DNA of 63,762 bases, filler included, from Octopus bimaculoides (GCF_001194135.2; 8 parts of 7 records of this genome joined end to end with filler, not necessarily neighbours in it); one strand, 5' to 3'; positions 12,436-26,434 are shown, counted from the first letter of the whole stretch. A program made the numbers and translations. Notes: generated from the sequence alone by a model not told the origin.

Positions 12436-12625
12436 AAATAATCCAGAATCCTTGTCTGGTACTGGATAGATCCCAAAATATAATCTGTTCATCCCAGTCA
12501 TAAGACCAAACATCCCTGAAAGCTTCATCCAAATCCAACCAGCGGTTCTTGAGATATCTTGTCACAGACAAACAAACAAACAAACATGACTGAAAACAAT
12601 GCTTTCGCTAAGGCAGAGGTAATAA
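12436..12625 (+). mobile_element. Helentron/DINE-1-like element, 3' part with (ACAA)n
   Basis: (ACAA)n tract, then CTAAGGCAGAGGTAAT, which is inverted relative to ACCTCCACC at ~11725. Confidence 0.4.
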
Positions 12626-12767
12626 TGGTTTCAAATTTTGGCACATGGCTAGCAATTTCAGGGGACAGAGTAAGTCAATTACTTTGACCCCATGACTAAA
12701 GTGGTACTTATTTTATTGATCTCAAAAGGATGAAAGCCAAATCTGACAGAAGAAGAAGAAGAAGAAG

Positions 12768-13870
12768 ACAAGGAAGTTGCTGACTAGATATGGGATACTC
12801 TACCCAAAAAGTGTCACAGACAGAATGTATGTACTAAGAAAAAGAGGAGCGAGAGGACTGATTGGATGCGAACACAGCACCAGAACAGAATAAAACAACA
12901 TAGCATAGTATGCAAAAAAAAAAATGCCACAGAACAACCATTATTGGAAGTAAGAAGGTTAGGCTTGTGTACGATGGAAGATTGCAAAGATAAAGCACTG
13001 TACAAGGACTTGAGAATGAATGAAAATGAAAATAAGTGGATAAACAAAAGAATGATGGACAATTTCATAGGGATGTTGAAGATAAGACAGACAGAGAAAA
13101 AAAGATGGCTATGGATAACTAAAAGTGATTTAAAACTGGAAATGGAGGTTCTAATTTGTGCTGTCCAAGAGAACCATTAAGAACCAATTATATCAAATAC
13201 AGAATAGACAACACATCAGAAAGTGATAAGTGCAGAATTTGTGGAAAAAATGGTGAAACTGTACAGTATATTACCAGTCAATATACGCCATTAGTCCAGA
13301 AAGAATATAAGAGACACCATGACAATATAGCAACGATTGTCCATTGGACACTTTGCAACAAGTATGGACTTGACAGAGCAAAAAACATAAACCCAAAGGT
13401 ATCATAGAAAATGATAATGCAAAGATCCTATGGGATTTTATGATTCAGTGTGACCATGAGATAGAGAATAAGAAGCCAAACAGTCTTAATTGAGAAAGAA
13501 AGCAAATAATGCTGGATCATAGATATAGCTTGCCCAGCTGACAAACAGGTATGTGATAAGGAAGAAAAAAAGGTCGATAGACATGACAGGTTAGCTTGGG
13601 CAGTTAAGCAGTTGTGGTCGATGCAAAAGGTGGTAGTAGTACCAATAACTGTCGGAGCCCTGGGAACAGTGAGTAAAAATCTTGAGAAATACATGGAACA
13701 AATAGGAGCTGCAATAAGGGTGGAGCACTTGCAGAAAACAGCATTGCTTGGAACCACTCGAATACGCCAGCTGGTGCTTGGAAAGTAAGGGATATCAGCT
13801 TAGTTCACTGGTAGTAAACAGCTGGTACCGTAGTACATCTCCAGCATTAGAAGCTGTGCAAAGACAATAA
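12768..13870 (+). mobile_element. R4/Dong-type non-LTR retrotransposon, 5'-truncated ~1.1 kb (RT thumb, CCHC knuckle, RLE endonuclease); pseudogene
   Basis: DRMYVLRKRGARGL; AVQE..LRTNY; CRICGKNGETVQYITSQ; RHHDN..IVHW; ILWDFMIQCDH; IIDIACPAD; VVVPITVGALG; KTALLGTT. Stops and frameshifts present; (TAA)n tail. Confidence 0.9.
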
Positions 13871-13886
13871 ATAATAATGATAATAA

Positions 13887-14742
13887 TAATCTTTTCTAGT
13901 ATAGGCACAAGGCCTGAAATTTTGAGGGATGGGGATAATCGATTACATCGACCCCCGCAGTCCTTAACTGATACTTATTTTATTGATCTCAAAAGAATGA
14001 AAGGCAAGTTTGACATCAGAATAATAATAGTGATAATGATAATAATAATAATAATAATCTTTTCTAGTATAGGAACAAGGCCCGAAATTTTGAGGGATGG
14101 GGATAGTCAATTACATCAACCCCTCCCCCCAGTACTCAACTAGTACTTATTTTATTGAGCTCAAAAGGATGAAAAGCAAATTTGACCTCGGCATAATAAT
14201 GATGATGATAAGAAGGAGGATTTCAAATTTTGGCACAAGGCAAGCAATTTTAGGAAGTGGTGGGGTAAGTTGATTACATCACTCCCAGCATTCAACTAGT
14301 ATCTGTTTTATCGACACTGAAAGGAAGAAAGGTAAAGTTGACCACAGTGAAATTTGAACTTAGTACATGAAGACAAGCAAAATTCTGCTAAGCAATTTTG
14401 TCTGGCATGCTAACAATTCTGCCAGCTCATCATCCTAATAATAATGATGATAATAATAATAATTATTATAATATTAATAATAATAACAATAATAATAATA
14501 ATAATAATAATAATGATTATAATCCTTTCTACTAAAGGCATAAGGCCTGTAACTTTGTGGGAGGGGACCAGACAATTACATCGATCCCAGTGTTTCACTG
14601 GTACTTAATTTATCAACCCTGAAAGGTAAAGTTGAAAGGCAAAGTTGATCACAGTGAAATTTGAACTCAGAACATGAAGACAAACTAAATTCTGCTAAGC
14701 ACTTTTGCCCAACATGCTAACAATTCTGCCAGCTCACTCTCC

Positions 14743-14745
<3 letters not shown>
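13887..14745 (-). mobile_element. Array of four Meta-like SINE copies separated by (AAT)n tracts
   Basis: Half copies at ~13890-14020 and ~14058-14195; near-full copies at ~14220-14432 and ~14520-14745. All on the minus strand. Confidence 0.8.
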
Positions 14746-14813
<68 letters not shown>

Positions 14814-14926
14814 ATAAATAATAATGTAGCATCTAATCATAATGTCAGAATGATAATGAAACTCATTGATTGATACACTAAAAAATAACACACTCAAGTT
14901 AGTGCTACTATTGCTTATTGTGCAGC

Positions 14927-15024
<98 letters not shown>

Positions 15025-15779
15025 TGTGTGTGTGTGTGTACGCGTGCACGTGTGTGGCCTTCCAGTCTACCAAGACCCCTACCTGACCCAATTACTAAGG
15101 CAGATCAACAAAGCCCACTCCACACATACATCTGACCTAAGGGTGATTAATGAATACGAAAATTAGTATCCCCTGAAAGTTCAAACCAAGAACATGAGCT
15201 TCACTGTGCAGTTAAGAAGCTCTCTTTACAATCTTGTGATTCCAGGTTCATTCATGATCATCCATGGCACTGCAAATGAGTGTCTTCTTCTATAGCCTTG
15301 AACTGACCAAATCCTTAGTAAAACAGGTAAATGGAATCTGTATGGAAGATTATTGTATAAATATGTGTATGTGTACACATGAATGTGTGTGGGGGAAGGA
15401 TACATATACATATATGGAAGATACATAGATGTGTGTGTGTGTGTCTTTCAACTTTGTGTCTTGAAATTGTTTACAGGCTACATAGGAAAACAATATCACT
15501 GTATAGGCAGTGTCATTGTTTACATCTGCAGCTAAAATATGTCTGGTTGTTGATTGGTTTGCTATTTGATAGACCAGACGAATTTGATAGACCTTACTTT
15601 AAAACAAATAAGGATTAGCAACAAGAAGACTGCTTCAATAGATCTCATTGTGCCTATGCTAGAATGGAAGAAGTGAGTGTTAAAGAAACAACAATGATGG
15701 TGATAATTTTGAAATATTTCTACAGCTATATCATCTTTATTAAAAAGGTTTCACTCAGTGTTAAAGAATTTCATCTGTA

Positions 15780-16005
15780 TCATCATCATCATCATCATCC
15801 TCATTGTTGTTTTAACAGAATTTGCTGAGGCAGGTTTTCCGTGGCTGAATGCCCTTCCTGTCACCAACCCTCACCTGTTTCCAAATAAGGTAACGTCTGC
15901 CCATAGTCAAACATATTTGCACAGAAGATTGGAAATGAAAGATACTGTTTGCATGATGGTGACACTCATAACTTTCATGCAATGTCAAGGCAAGGAGGCA
16001 GTAAT
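15780..16005 (-). mobile_element. (GAT)n-tailed SINE-like repeat, diverged subfamily
   Basis: (CAT)n, then GCTGAATGCCCTTCCTGTCACCAACCC. Similar pieces at 5890-6080 and 16745-16900. Confidence 0.6.
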
Positions 16006-16039
16006 ACACACACGCTAACACACACACACATGATGGTCT

Positions 16040-16190
16040 TTTTTCAGATTCTGTCTATCAAATCCACTCACAAGGCTTTGGTTGGCCTAGGGCTGTAGTA
16101 GAAGACACTTGCCCTAGGTGCCATGCAGTGGGACTGAACCCAGAACCATGTGGTCAGAAAACAAACTTCTTACTGCACAGCCATGCCTGT
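16040..16190 (-). mobile_element. OR-type SINE 5' half
   Basis: AAATCCACTCACAAGGCTTTG...GGGACTGAACCCAGAACCATGTGG matches 7370-7500. Confidence 0.8.
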
Positions 16191-17254
16191 AAATAATAAG
16201 AGATATTAAACAAAATGTATGACATAATAATGTATCACCCTTTGTTTTGTTTTTTTGGGGATCTTTTGGCTTTTTTTATCATGCTGCTGTGTAAAACATC
16301 CTAAACAGACCACCTGTCAGAGTAAAAATATTCAGGGAGATCATACATTATAGTACAAATGGCCTGACAGATGACATTCTACGCTGTAGCATGTAACACT
16401 ATATGTATATATATATATTATAGTAGGAACACTATGACGTCAATGTACATATGTGTATGTGTGTGGTTACAAATAAGTTGGAAGAGTATGAGAGTATGTG
16501 TGCAGATGTGGTTGTGTGGTTAAAAAGTTAATTCTGCAACAACAGGGTTTGGGCTTGAGCCTACATCTTCCCCCATAGCCTCAAGTTGACTTTCTAAGTG
16601 AAATTTGATAAGACAGAAGCTGCAGAAACCCATTGTATTATCATCATACTCATCATTGTACTTCAACTTAACATATTGGCACAAGGTGAGCAGTCAGCAC
16701 AGTTCAAGTCAGCTCTTATTCAAAATTACTTCTCTCTTAGATGTGTGTCTGTTCAAATTTTGGTATGATTTCTACAGATGGACACCCTTCCTTACACCAA
16801 CCACTTATCAAAGTATCCTGGATGTATTTTCTCATGGGATCAGCAGTAGAGAGGTTGCTATATCCTCAGCAAGACTGAAAAGCCTGCTCTGCTCTATATA
16901 ACCTTTGTTTGTACAAGTAAATGTGGCCAAGAGAATGAATTTTAAAAAATGACTATTAGCATGATGGGGGGAAACAAAGTTACAGGAGCAAGGTGCTGAG
17001 AGAGAGAGAGGCGAGGAGAGAGAGACACAGAGAGAGAGAGTGTGTGTATGTGTGCGTATATGTGTGTGTGTGTGCGTATGTGTGTATATATGCATATTTT
17101 GTATTAATATTTGGCAGAAGCAAGAGAGTGATTCAAGAGCCAAGAGTGTCATGTGTTGACACTTACCAAACAAGTTTGATAAGTGCCAATGCACAAAACT
17201 TTTGGCACTTGAGTCACTCTGTTGCTTCTGCTAAATATTAATAAAAAATATATA

Positions 17255-17397
17255 CATGCAGGAGTGGCTGTGTGGTAAGTAGCTTGCTTACCAACCANNN
17301 NNNNNNNNNNNNNNNNNNNNNNNNNNNNNNNNNNNNNNNNNTTAATTAATTAANNNNNNNNNNNNNNNNNNNNNNNNNNNNNNNNNNNNNNNNNNNN

Positions 17398-17439
<42 letters not shown>

Positions 17440-17666
17440 GCGTGTGTGTGTGTGTGTTTGTGTGTCTGTGTTTGTCCCCCCAACATTGCTTGACAACCGA
17501 TGCTGGTGTGTTTACGTCCCCGTAACTTAGCGGTTCGGCAAAAGAGACCGATAGAATAAGTACTAGGCTTACAAAAAATAAACCCTGGGGTCGATTTGCT
17601 CGACTAAAGGCGGTGCACCCGAATGACCGCAGTCAAATGACTGAAACAAGTAAAAGAGTAAAAGAG
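17255..17666 (+). mobile_element. OR-type SINE spanning a gap
   Basis: Head GGAGTGGCTGTGTGGTAAGTAGC before the gap; 3' half to GTAAAAGAGTAAAAGAG after it. Confidence 0.8.
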
Positions 17667-18314
17667 TGCAACATAACTCATATTATTTTCTAATAGGTCG
17701 CTCGATCCGCTAGAAATAATAGCCAGATCTCTTTCAAATTGCACCTTACCGATGTAAATTAGAGGTAATTTGAAGCAGATCGGAAACAAACAAACAAACC
17801 AAAAAATTGCACGTAGTAAAATGTAGTCTTAGATACGTTATGCCTGAAATCGAGACGAAATGAATAAGGCTAAAACACCTTTGGTTATAGGTATTCTAAA
17901 TCTGAGTATACCAGAGATTCAACAAAAGCATGAAGGGAAGTACTTTATCATTCTCAGCTTAGTGAGAACATACAATATCCGGGATATTATCTCTGTGGAT
18001 TTGCATCAAATCTGTAGTTCGATAATCTAAGATGAATAACCCGTAACCAATCCGATCTTGCCTTGATGACAAATAACACACTGCAAGCCAAAGAGACACT
18101 CGTTCATATACCTATGCTCGTTAATACCGTTATTTCCAAAGGGAATTGCACGCCGTTTCTGGTGTCAATTGGCCGCTGAGAGGTAAATGTCTTGGCCACT
18201 TCACACAGAATCTTTAGAGCGTCAGATAAAAAAATGCTTTGCGTTATTTGTTCCGACTCAGTACACCTGAGTTCAAATTCCTTGTCAAGTGTGCTTTCTT
18301 CCTTTCGGGATTGT

Positions 18315-18825
<511 letters not shown>

Positions 18826-19506
18826 AGTACCAATTAAGTACGTACTTGAATTGTACTTGAATGTACTGACTAACCCCATCCCTTCAAAACTGATGACCTT
18901 CTGCCTAAATCAGAAACCACGTCACCCGATACATTGTGACACGGAATATGCCCCGGACTTGATGTCTGGATCTCTGCATGCGGAAACAAGCAGCTACACA
19001 CACTGGAAGAGGAATATTGTTCCAGAGATAAATCAAAATTGATCCGCGTATTTGTTTCACCGATATCATATCACCGCATGAATCCATTTCTCGACGTCTA
19101 TTATAGATATATGAGTCAATAATGTTATCTTTTTTCTTATAATGGAACTTGCTTTTTGGTTTTGAATTACCATTCATAGGTAGGCAAATATAAATAACGG
19201 AATCTACTCAAGCATTTGGATAGATTTAGTTCATTTATTGGAATCCCATGAGTCTCCTTAGATGATGTGGAGCTGGCGGCATTGGTTTTCATCGCCGTCT
19301 TTTGATATGGATACTATAAAAATAATGGTGGCGGTGTGGTGGAAATAGTGGCAATGGAGGGGCCTGATATTTCTGCTACTTATCTTGTTGTTATCTCCAA
19401 GTCAACCCTGATCGAACAAATCAAAGAACAAAGGTGTTCCAGTCATGTCCATCTCGTCTTTTTTTAATGCGAGGGAGTGAATTGTTCCCTGTATATTTCC
19501 AATGTA

Positions 19507-19731
19507 CAGTAATCCCTCGACTATCGCGGGTGTTACGTTCCAAAACTCACCGCGATAAATGAAAATTTGCGAAGTAAAAACAGTACTGCACTGTATATAT
19601 ATATATATTTATTTTTATAATTTGTATATATTCATTTTACTATAAATGCAAAACAACACCACAGAGGAATCGACGTAAACTTAAATAATAAACCGCGATA
19701 GATGAACCCCGGTATGGCGAGGGATTCTTTG
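19507..19731. mobile_element. Tigger/pogo-type MITE
   Basis: TA|CAGTAATCCCTCG...ATCGCGG at the left; CCGCGATAG...CGAGGGATT at the right (inverted termini). Confidence 0.7.
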
Positions 19732-19819
19732 TGTAAGACGGTAGGGTGGAGACGCGTAGCTTAGTGGTTAAGGGTGTTGGACTTATGGTTTCGATTCCTG
19801 GACCGGGTGACGCGTAGGG

Positions 19820-20434
19820 TTAGAAGTTCACGTTGGTGTTATTCATAGGGTGCCATATATTTTTAGTTTTCCACATAGTGTTGTTCTAGAGAATTTTAAG
19901 AAGCCATAAGAAAATAATGTTTGTTTTAAAATTTGAGATTACATAGAAAATATTTTTCGTAGGATATGGGCAGCTCCCATGAGCACTATCTTTTGAATTT
20001 CTGCCATTTTGAGATTTTCTGGTATCTGCGCTAGGTAGCAATCAGCCCGTTTCGCTGTCATTCCCAGGGTACCTATGACCAAAGGTATGGCTTTAGTCTT
20101 CAGGTTCCACATTTTGCTAATTTCTATTTCAAGATCTTTATAGTTGCTCAGTTTTTGGTAGGTCTTGACAGATACGTTTATATCGATTGGGTCAGTCATA
20201 TCAATGAGGAGGCATGATTTTTGTGTGAAGTCTTTCAATATGATGTCTGGCCTATTTTGCATCTGTCTTTCTGTCAGTTTGAATGGTGAAATTCCAGAGG
20301 AGTGAGATGGGATCATTTTGAAGCACTGGAGGTGGTTTGTGTTCCCACCAGTTTTATGGGGCAAGTCCAGGTTTTTGCAAACTACCCAATGAGTATATTG
20401 TGCAGCTCTATCATGCCTGTTGAGATATTCTTCT
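19820..20434 (-). mobile_element. R4/Dong-type retrotransposon 3' fragment (RLE domain)
   Basis: EYLNRHDRAAQYTHW; NRPDIILKD; LLIDMTDP; QKLSNYKDLEIEISKMWNLK; IQKIVLMGAAHILRK* (stop 19939). 5' end abuts (TTA)n at 20435-20470. Confidence 0.9.
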
Positions 20435-20544
20435 TATTATTATTATCATTATTATTATTATCATTATCTTAGATATTTTAACAGAGCAAGTGGATGGAAG
20501 AGTTTCCAGTTGTCACTGTTGCAGCAAGAATAGTGACAACATAT

Positions 20545-20675
20545 ATATATATATAGGCTTTGTTCAGCCCAAGGCTATAGTAGCAGACACTTTGCCAAGG
20601 TGCCATGCAATCGGACTGAACCCGGAACCATGTGGTTGGGAAGCAAACTTCTTTCCACACAGCCCGGCCTGCACC
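20545..20675 (-). mobile_element. OR-type SINE 5' half
   Basis: GGCTTTGTTCAGCCCAAGGCTATAGTAG...GGACTGAACCCGGAACCATGTGG. Confidence 0.75.
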
Positions 20676-20777
20676 TACTGTGGTCACACACACACACATA
20701 TCTATATATGTATGTATAATGCATATATATATTTGTATCGGTAAATTGTATATATACATACATATACATATACATAT

Positions 20778-20838
<61 letters not shown>

Positions 20839-22322
20839 CACACGCATAAATATAAACTTGCAAATATTATGTACGCTTGTGTATGTGCGTGTGTGTGTTT
20901 GTGTGTGTGTTTGTGTGTGTGTGTGTAAGTTAGTGTGTGCGTGTTGGCATGTATGTATATGCGTGTGTATAAGTATGCATGCATCGAAATATATAAACAT
21001 ATATAGAGATATATAGAGATATGTAGAGAAAGAGAAGAAAAGAATTTGCAACGAAAACGAAACGATTTCACAAGAGACCTCCAAGAGCAGCGCGGAATTC
21101 GCAGCAATACTATCATTGCCATGCCGTCGCATTTATGTTTGATGTAATTAAGCCTGGTGTATGTAATTAACAACGAAATTAAGACGGCTCTGTATGAAAA
21201 GGCTATATAATCTAGTCTGCAGTGCAGCATGGAAATGTGCAATAGAACAAACAGAATATTCCATTGACTATGCTTACTTAATTGCATTTGGATACCAATG
21301 AATAATCGTACTAATCTAAATTGGAACATTCCAGGGACACATTTAGTGTTAACTTAGTTGTAAATCTGATGGCAGTCGTAGTGGTGGTCTTTGTATTGAG
21401 CTCGGCCATGATCGCTCACTTCACTGCGTGCGTGGATGTTGCAGGGAGGGTCTGTGTTGGTCATTTTTTATGAGTAAAAATCGCTGCTCATTTCCTTCTT
21501 GTGTTCCTGTTATTCATTAAGCAAGGCCTATTAGAATTTTCTAGTAGAATTATCCGGCGTTCGTTTATATTAGTTTGTCTGTCTGCTTGTAATCTGAAGA
21601 CCCCCCCCCCCGCAACGTCGTGGGTGATTTAGATGCGCGTCTCATGAACCACTATCACGCGCGCACACACACGCACACACACACACACATACACATACGT
21701 ACATAAACACATACGTACACATCATAGCCACAGTCACAATACAGAGACGATTACTATCAATGCTAAACATAAATACTACCATCGTTCCCATGAGTTTTCC
21801 CGCCAATTTGACTATCATCATCATCACTACCACCACCACCACAACCACCACCAATTCCATCACCCCACCCCTCCACACACACATTACCAAACTCAGCACC
21901 ACCGCTGCTAATGTTAATAAAATCACCAATGAATTCCACCAACACTAAAATTAACACCACCACCAACTCCGCAAATACTACGACCATCTCTACTATTGCC
22001 ACCACCACTACCACCACCTTCACCACTATCACCATTATGGTGTTCCCCATATCTAACACCAAACCTCAATAAGTATGTCTGTACGAGGTCGAGATAACTA
22101 TTGGAAACAGCAGGCAAATATCCTTCCCTTTTAGCCTATCATACGAATCTATAGAAAAGAAATTTCATTTGCTTAATTCGCCACGCCATGGAATTGAAAC
22201 CGGAATCTGGTGTTAGCAAAGCAAATGTCTTAACCAGCGGCCTATACAACGCCTATAGTAAAGTATGCATTCCTATGTTTTTTATGACTTTTCTTTATTA
22301 TCGCTACCTTTAAAGCAACTCA

Positions 22323-22706
22323 GTGGAGGTGCAATGGCCTAGTGGCTAGGGCAGCGGATTCGTGGTCATAGGCTCGCGGTTTCGATCCCCAGACCGGGCG
22401 TTGTGAGTGTTTATTGAGCGAAAACACCAAAAGCTCCACGAGGCTCCGGCAGGGGATGGTGGCGAACCCTGCTGTACTCTTTCACCACAACTTTCTCTCA
22501 CTCTTACTTCCTGTTTCTGTTGTGCCTGTAATTCAAAGGGTCAGCCCTGTCACACTGTGCCACGCTGAATATCCCCGAGATCTACGTTAAGGGTACACGT
22601 GTCTGTAGAGTGCTCAGCCACTTGCACGTTAATTTCACGAGCAGGCTGTTCCGTTGATCGGATCAACTGGAACCCTCGACGTCGTAAGCGACGGAGTGCC
22701 AACAAC
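22323..22706 (+). mobile_element. tRNA-derived SINE, second family, apparently full length
   Basis: A box TGGCCTAGTGG at 22335-22345; B box GGTTTCGATCCC at 22378-22389; tail GGCTGTTCCGTTGATCGGATCAACTGGAACC...GCCAACAAC. Relatives at 38985-39240 and 45355-45680. Confidence 0.85.
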
Positions 22707-22849
22707 TATAAAGCGACTCAAAACCTAGTGAGGCTTAGAAAGAAATCGTCAAATAGAAGACCTGGCCTGAACACTTGCCTTCCGATGAAGCAACTAACAG
22801 CCACGTGATGGAGTTAAACAGGATGATAGACCAATTCCATTAGCTACGT

Positions 22850-22911
22850 GGGACTGAACCCGGAACCATGCGGTTGGTAAGCAAGCTACTTATCACACAG
22901 TCACTCCTGCG

Positions 22912-22917
<6 letters not shown>
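22850..22917 (-). mobile_element. OR-type SINE tRNA head
   Basis: GGGACTGAACCCGGAACCATGCGGTTGGTAAGCAAGCTACTTATCACACAGTCACTCCTGCGCCTA. Confidence 0.8.
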
Positions 22918-22950
<33 letters not shown>

Positions 22951-23050
22951 NNNNNNNNNNNNNNNNNNNNNNNNNNNNNNNNNNNNNNNNNNNNTTAATT
23001 AATTAANNNNNNNNNNNNNNNNNNNNNNNNNNNNNNNNNNNNNNNNNNNN

Positions 23051-23097
<47 letters not shown>

Positions 23098-25257
23098 CAT
23101 ACACAATGTGTAACCTTTACGTTACAACTTGATGCAAATGAAAGTATTTATGCAAACACGCACACACCCTCACACACGCGCACATTATTATAATGCATTG
23201 CCAGATATAGTTTTCTAGGAGTGTAATATTGAGCATAAAAGAAATCGGTTAGTAGTCGGGCATACATACATTAATTCATACATACATATACACACAAGCA
23301 TACATGTATACATGTATACATACATTCATGCGTACATGCTTACATACATACACGTATAGTAGGACTGTGCATGTAAAAATAACGATGTTTATTTCGGCGC
23401 TGAAGTACGTTTGAATTTTCCCCCGGTTTTGTACTCCAATTTAGCTCTCAAAATCTTTATTTGAAAAGACCCAGAGCCGTATATTAGCCTTCGTTACAAG
23501 CATAATGCAATACGTACAGTACATAGACATACCAACAAGTATAATTAATTATGCCAGGTGCTTCTGTTACATGCGCAAAAGAGTCCATTTTTCTTAGGCG
23601 GGATGGCAAATGTTCATGGTAAACCTAGATCATTTGAGCATGGAAAAAGGAAAAAAAAAAATACAAGAAAAATGACACAAATATAAGTTTTAATATAAAA
23701 ACTTTTTCCTATGGTAAATAAGTAATTACCATTCTTTCTAAGTATACTTCATTCNNNNNNNNNNNNNNNNNNNNNNNNNNNNNNNNNNNNNNNNNNNNNN
23801 NNNNNNNNNNNNNNNNNNNNNNNNNNNNNNNNNNNNNNNNNNNNNNNNNNNNNNNNNNNNNNNNNNNNNNNNNNNNNNNNNNNNNNNNNNNNNNNNNNNN
23901 NNNNNNNNNNNNNNNNNNNNNNNNNNNNNNNNNNNNNNNNNNNNNNNNNNNNNNNNNNNNNNNNNNNNNNNNNNNNNNNNNNNNNNNNNNNNNNNNNNNN
24001 NNNNNNNNNNNNNNNNNNNNNNNNNNNNNNNNNNNNNNNNNNNNNNNNNNNNNNNNNNNNNNNNNNNNNNNNNNNNNNNNNNNNNNNNNNNNNNNNNNNN
24101 NNNNNNNNNNNNNNNNNNNNNNNNNNNNNNNNNNNNNNNNNNNNNNNNNNNNNNNNNNNNNNNNNNNNNNNNNNNNNNNNNNNNNNNNNNNNNNNNNNNN
24201 NNNNNNNNNNNNNNNNNNNNNNNNNNNNNNNNNNNNNNNNNNNNNNNNNNNNNNNNNNNNNNNNNNNNNNNNNNNNNNNNNNNNNNNNNNNNNNNNNNNN
24301 NNNNNNNNNNNNNNNNNNNNNNNNNNNNNNNNNNNNNNNNNNNNNNNNNNNNNNNNNNNNNNNNNNNNNNNNNNNNNNNNNNNNNNNNNNNNNNNNNNNN
24401 NNNNNNNNNNNNNNNNNNNNNNNNNNNNNNNNNNNNNNNNNNNNNNNNNNNNNNNNNNNNAGATTGACAGACAGAGCTACTCCAGCATTTAGTTCGTACT
24501 CGTTTTTAAGATGAGCGTGCGGGAACAACATGAAATATAAAGTGCCTTGCTCAAGGAGATAATATATGCACGTGTGCGTGTTTGTGTGTGAGTGTGTGTG
24601 TGTGAGCGCGCACGCGTGTTTGTGTGTGTGTGTGTGTGTTTCTTATATGTGTGCCTGTTTGTCTCTGAGTATAAACAGAATTTTGCAATACGTGTAGATT
24701 TGTAAACTAAATGTAGGGATACTTCTACATATGAACCGTAGGATCTCAATAGTATAAATTCTTTTTGGAGATTGTTTACGGCTGATTATTTCAACCTTAA
24801 CATTAATTCTTCATTACAGATTTTCTTCTCATCTCTTATGAAGCACAAACACAGAATTGTGTTCGTAAATTCCCACAGGGGCTTTCATACTATGAATGAC
24901 GGAATTCTATTGTTTAACTACGTTATCACGTCATCAGGGGATACAAAGAAATGACGAGAAACGAGTTTATTGTTATTTTACAGCATCCCTGCCAGTCATC
25001 CGGTTATATAAGGATATCAGTAAAAATAAACAATGTGATACGTTAACTAAATTACAAAAGATCCAAACAACTTCATGTCAAAACTTAAGAAAATTACAAT
25101 TCGAGTGTATCTTTATGATGATTAAAGAATATTGCATTATTCTTTCAATAATAATGACATTATATATATATATATATATATAAACACATATACAGGTATC
25201 GCATATATATATATTTATATATATAAAATATTCATATATATGTGATGCATGTATGTG

Positions 25258-25337
<80 letters not shown>

Positions 25338-25396
25338 TATATATATACACTTGCATGCATTCATAAATACATACATACACATATACTTACGCAAAC

Positions 25397-25479
25397 GAGG
25401 CTTTGGTCGACCCGAGGCTATAGTAGAAGACAATTGCCCAAGGTGCCACGCAGTGGGACTGAACCCGGAACCATGTGTG

Positions 25480-25526
<47 letters not shown>

Positions 25527-25742
25527 TATGTTTGTGTGTCTGTGTTCGTCCCCCTACCATCACTTGACAACCGATATTGGTGTGTTTACGTCCCTGTAAC
25601 TTAGCGGTTTGGCAAAAGAGCCCGATAGAATAACAACTAGGCTTACAAAGAATAAGTCTTCGGTTTGTTCCACTAAAGGCAGTACTCCAGCATGGCCGCA
25701 GTTAAATGACTGAAATAAGTAAAAGAATAAAGGAATAAAATA
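25397..25742. mobile_element. OR-type SINE with 5' half inverted relative to 3' half
   Basis: 25397-25477 is a minus-strand head/core; 25480-25742 is a plus-strand 3' half. Confidence 0.7.
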
Positions 25743-26434
25743 ATAGATGTATATATATATATGTGTGTTTGTGTGTGTATATGTATGTATGTGTGTGTGT
25801 ATACATATATACCTATATATATATATATATATATACATACATATATACATGCACTCACATACACACGTACATGCACATATATTGATTTCTCTATTTTATT
25901 TACAGGTAATAACAATGATGGCGAGCATGTCGCAATATTTTACGCCAATTGAGGAACATTTCAGTAATTACATAAAAATACAATTACAATATTTGAATGC
26001 AGACTATAAGTTCGCTGCACTTACTGACCCCAAGCTAATCATTATTGTCACTACCCATCGTGTTATTATTTTGTTTTTCCAAATCAAATATCAAGCATAG
26101 TTATATACATGCGTTAACCAATCCTAACAACATTAATACATAACCAATTAACGCATTGCTAAGACTGCATTAGTATTTTTATGTAAACAGGCTAGCCTGA
26201 CCGGTGTCCAAAATATTCAGACCATTAATGGCTACTTTTTTTCTTTTCTTTTGGGTATCGATTTGTTTGTGTAGTAGTATATGCGTGTATGTCTGTGTAT
26301 ATGTTCGCATACATGAACGCATGTTTATATGTATACCTGCATGATTCTGCTGCTTATATACATATGAATGCGAGTGTATGTGCATAGATATATATATATA
26401 TGTGTATATGTGCGTTTGTTTGTGTATGTGTATG

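Noticed and set aside
18885-18930. CTGATGA...GAAACCACGTC hammerhead-like core
   Set aside because: Stem I cannot form and stem II is not closed; consistent with chance.
22325-22400. tRNA-like sequence
   Set aside because: No acceptor stem or anticodon arm; it continues into a SINE body.
24865-24945. Minus-strand CTGATGA...GAAAGCCCCT motif
   Set aside because: No valid cleavage triplet and no stem II.
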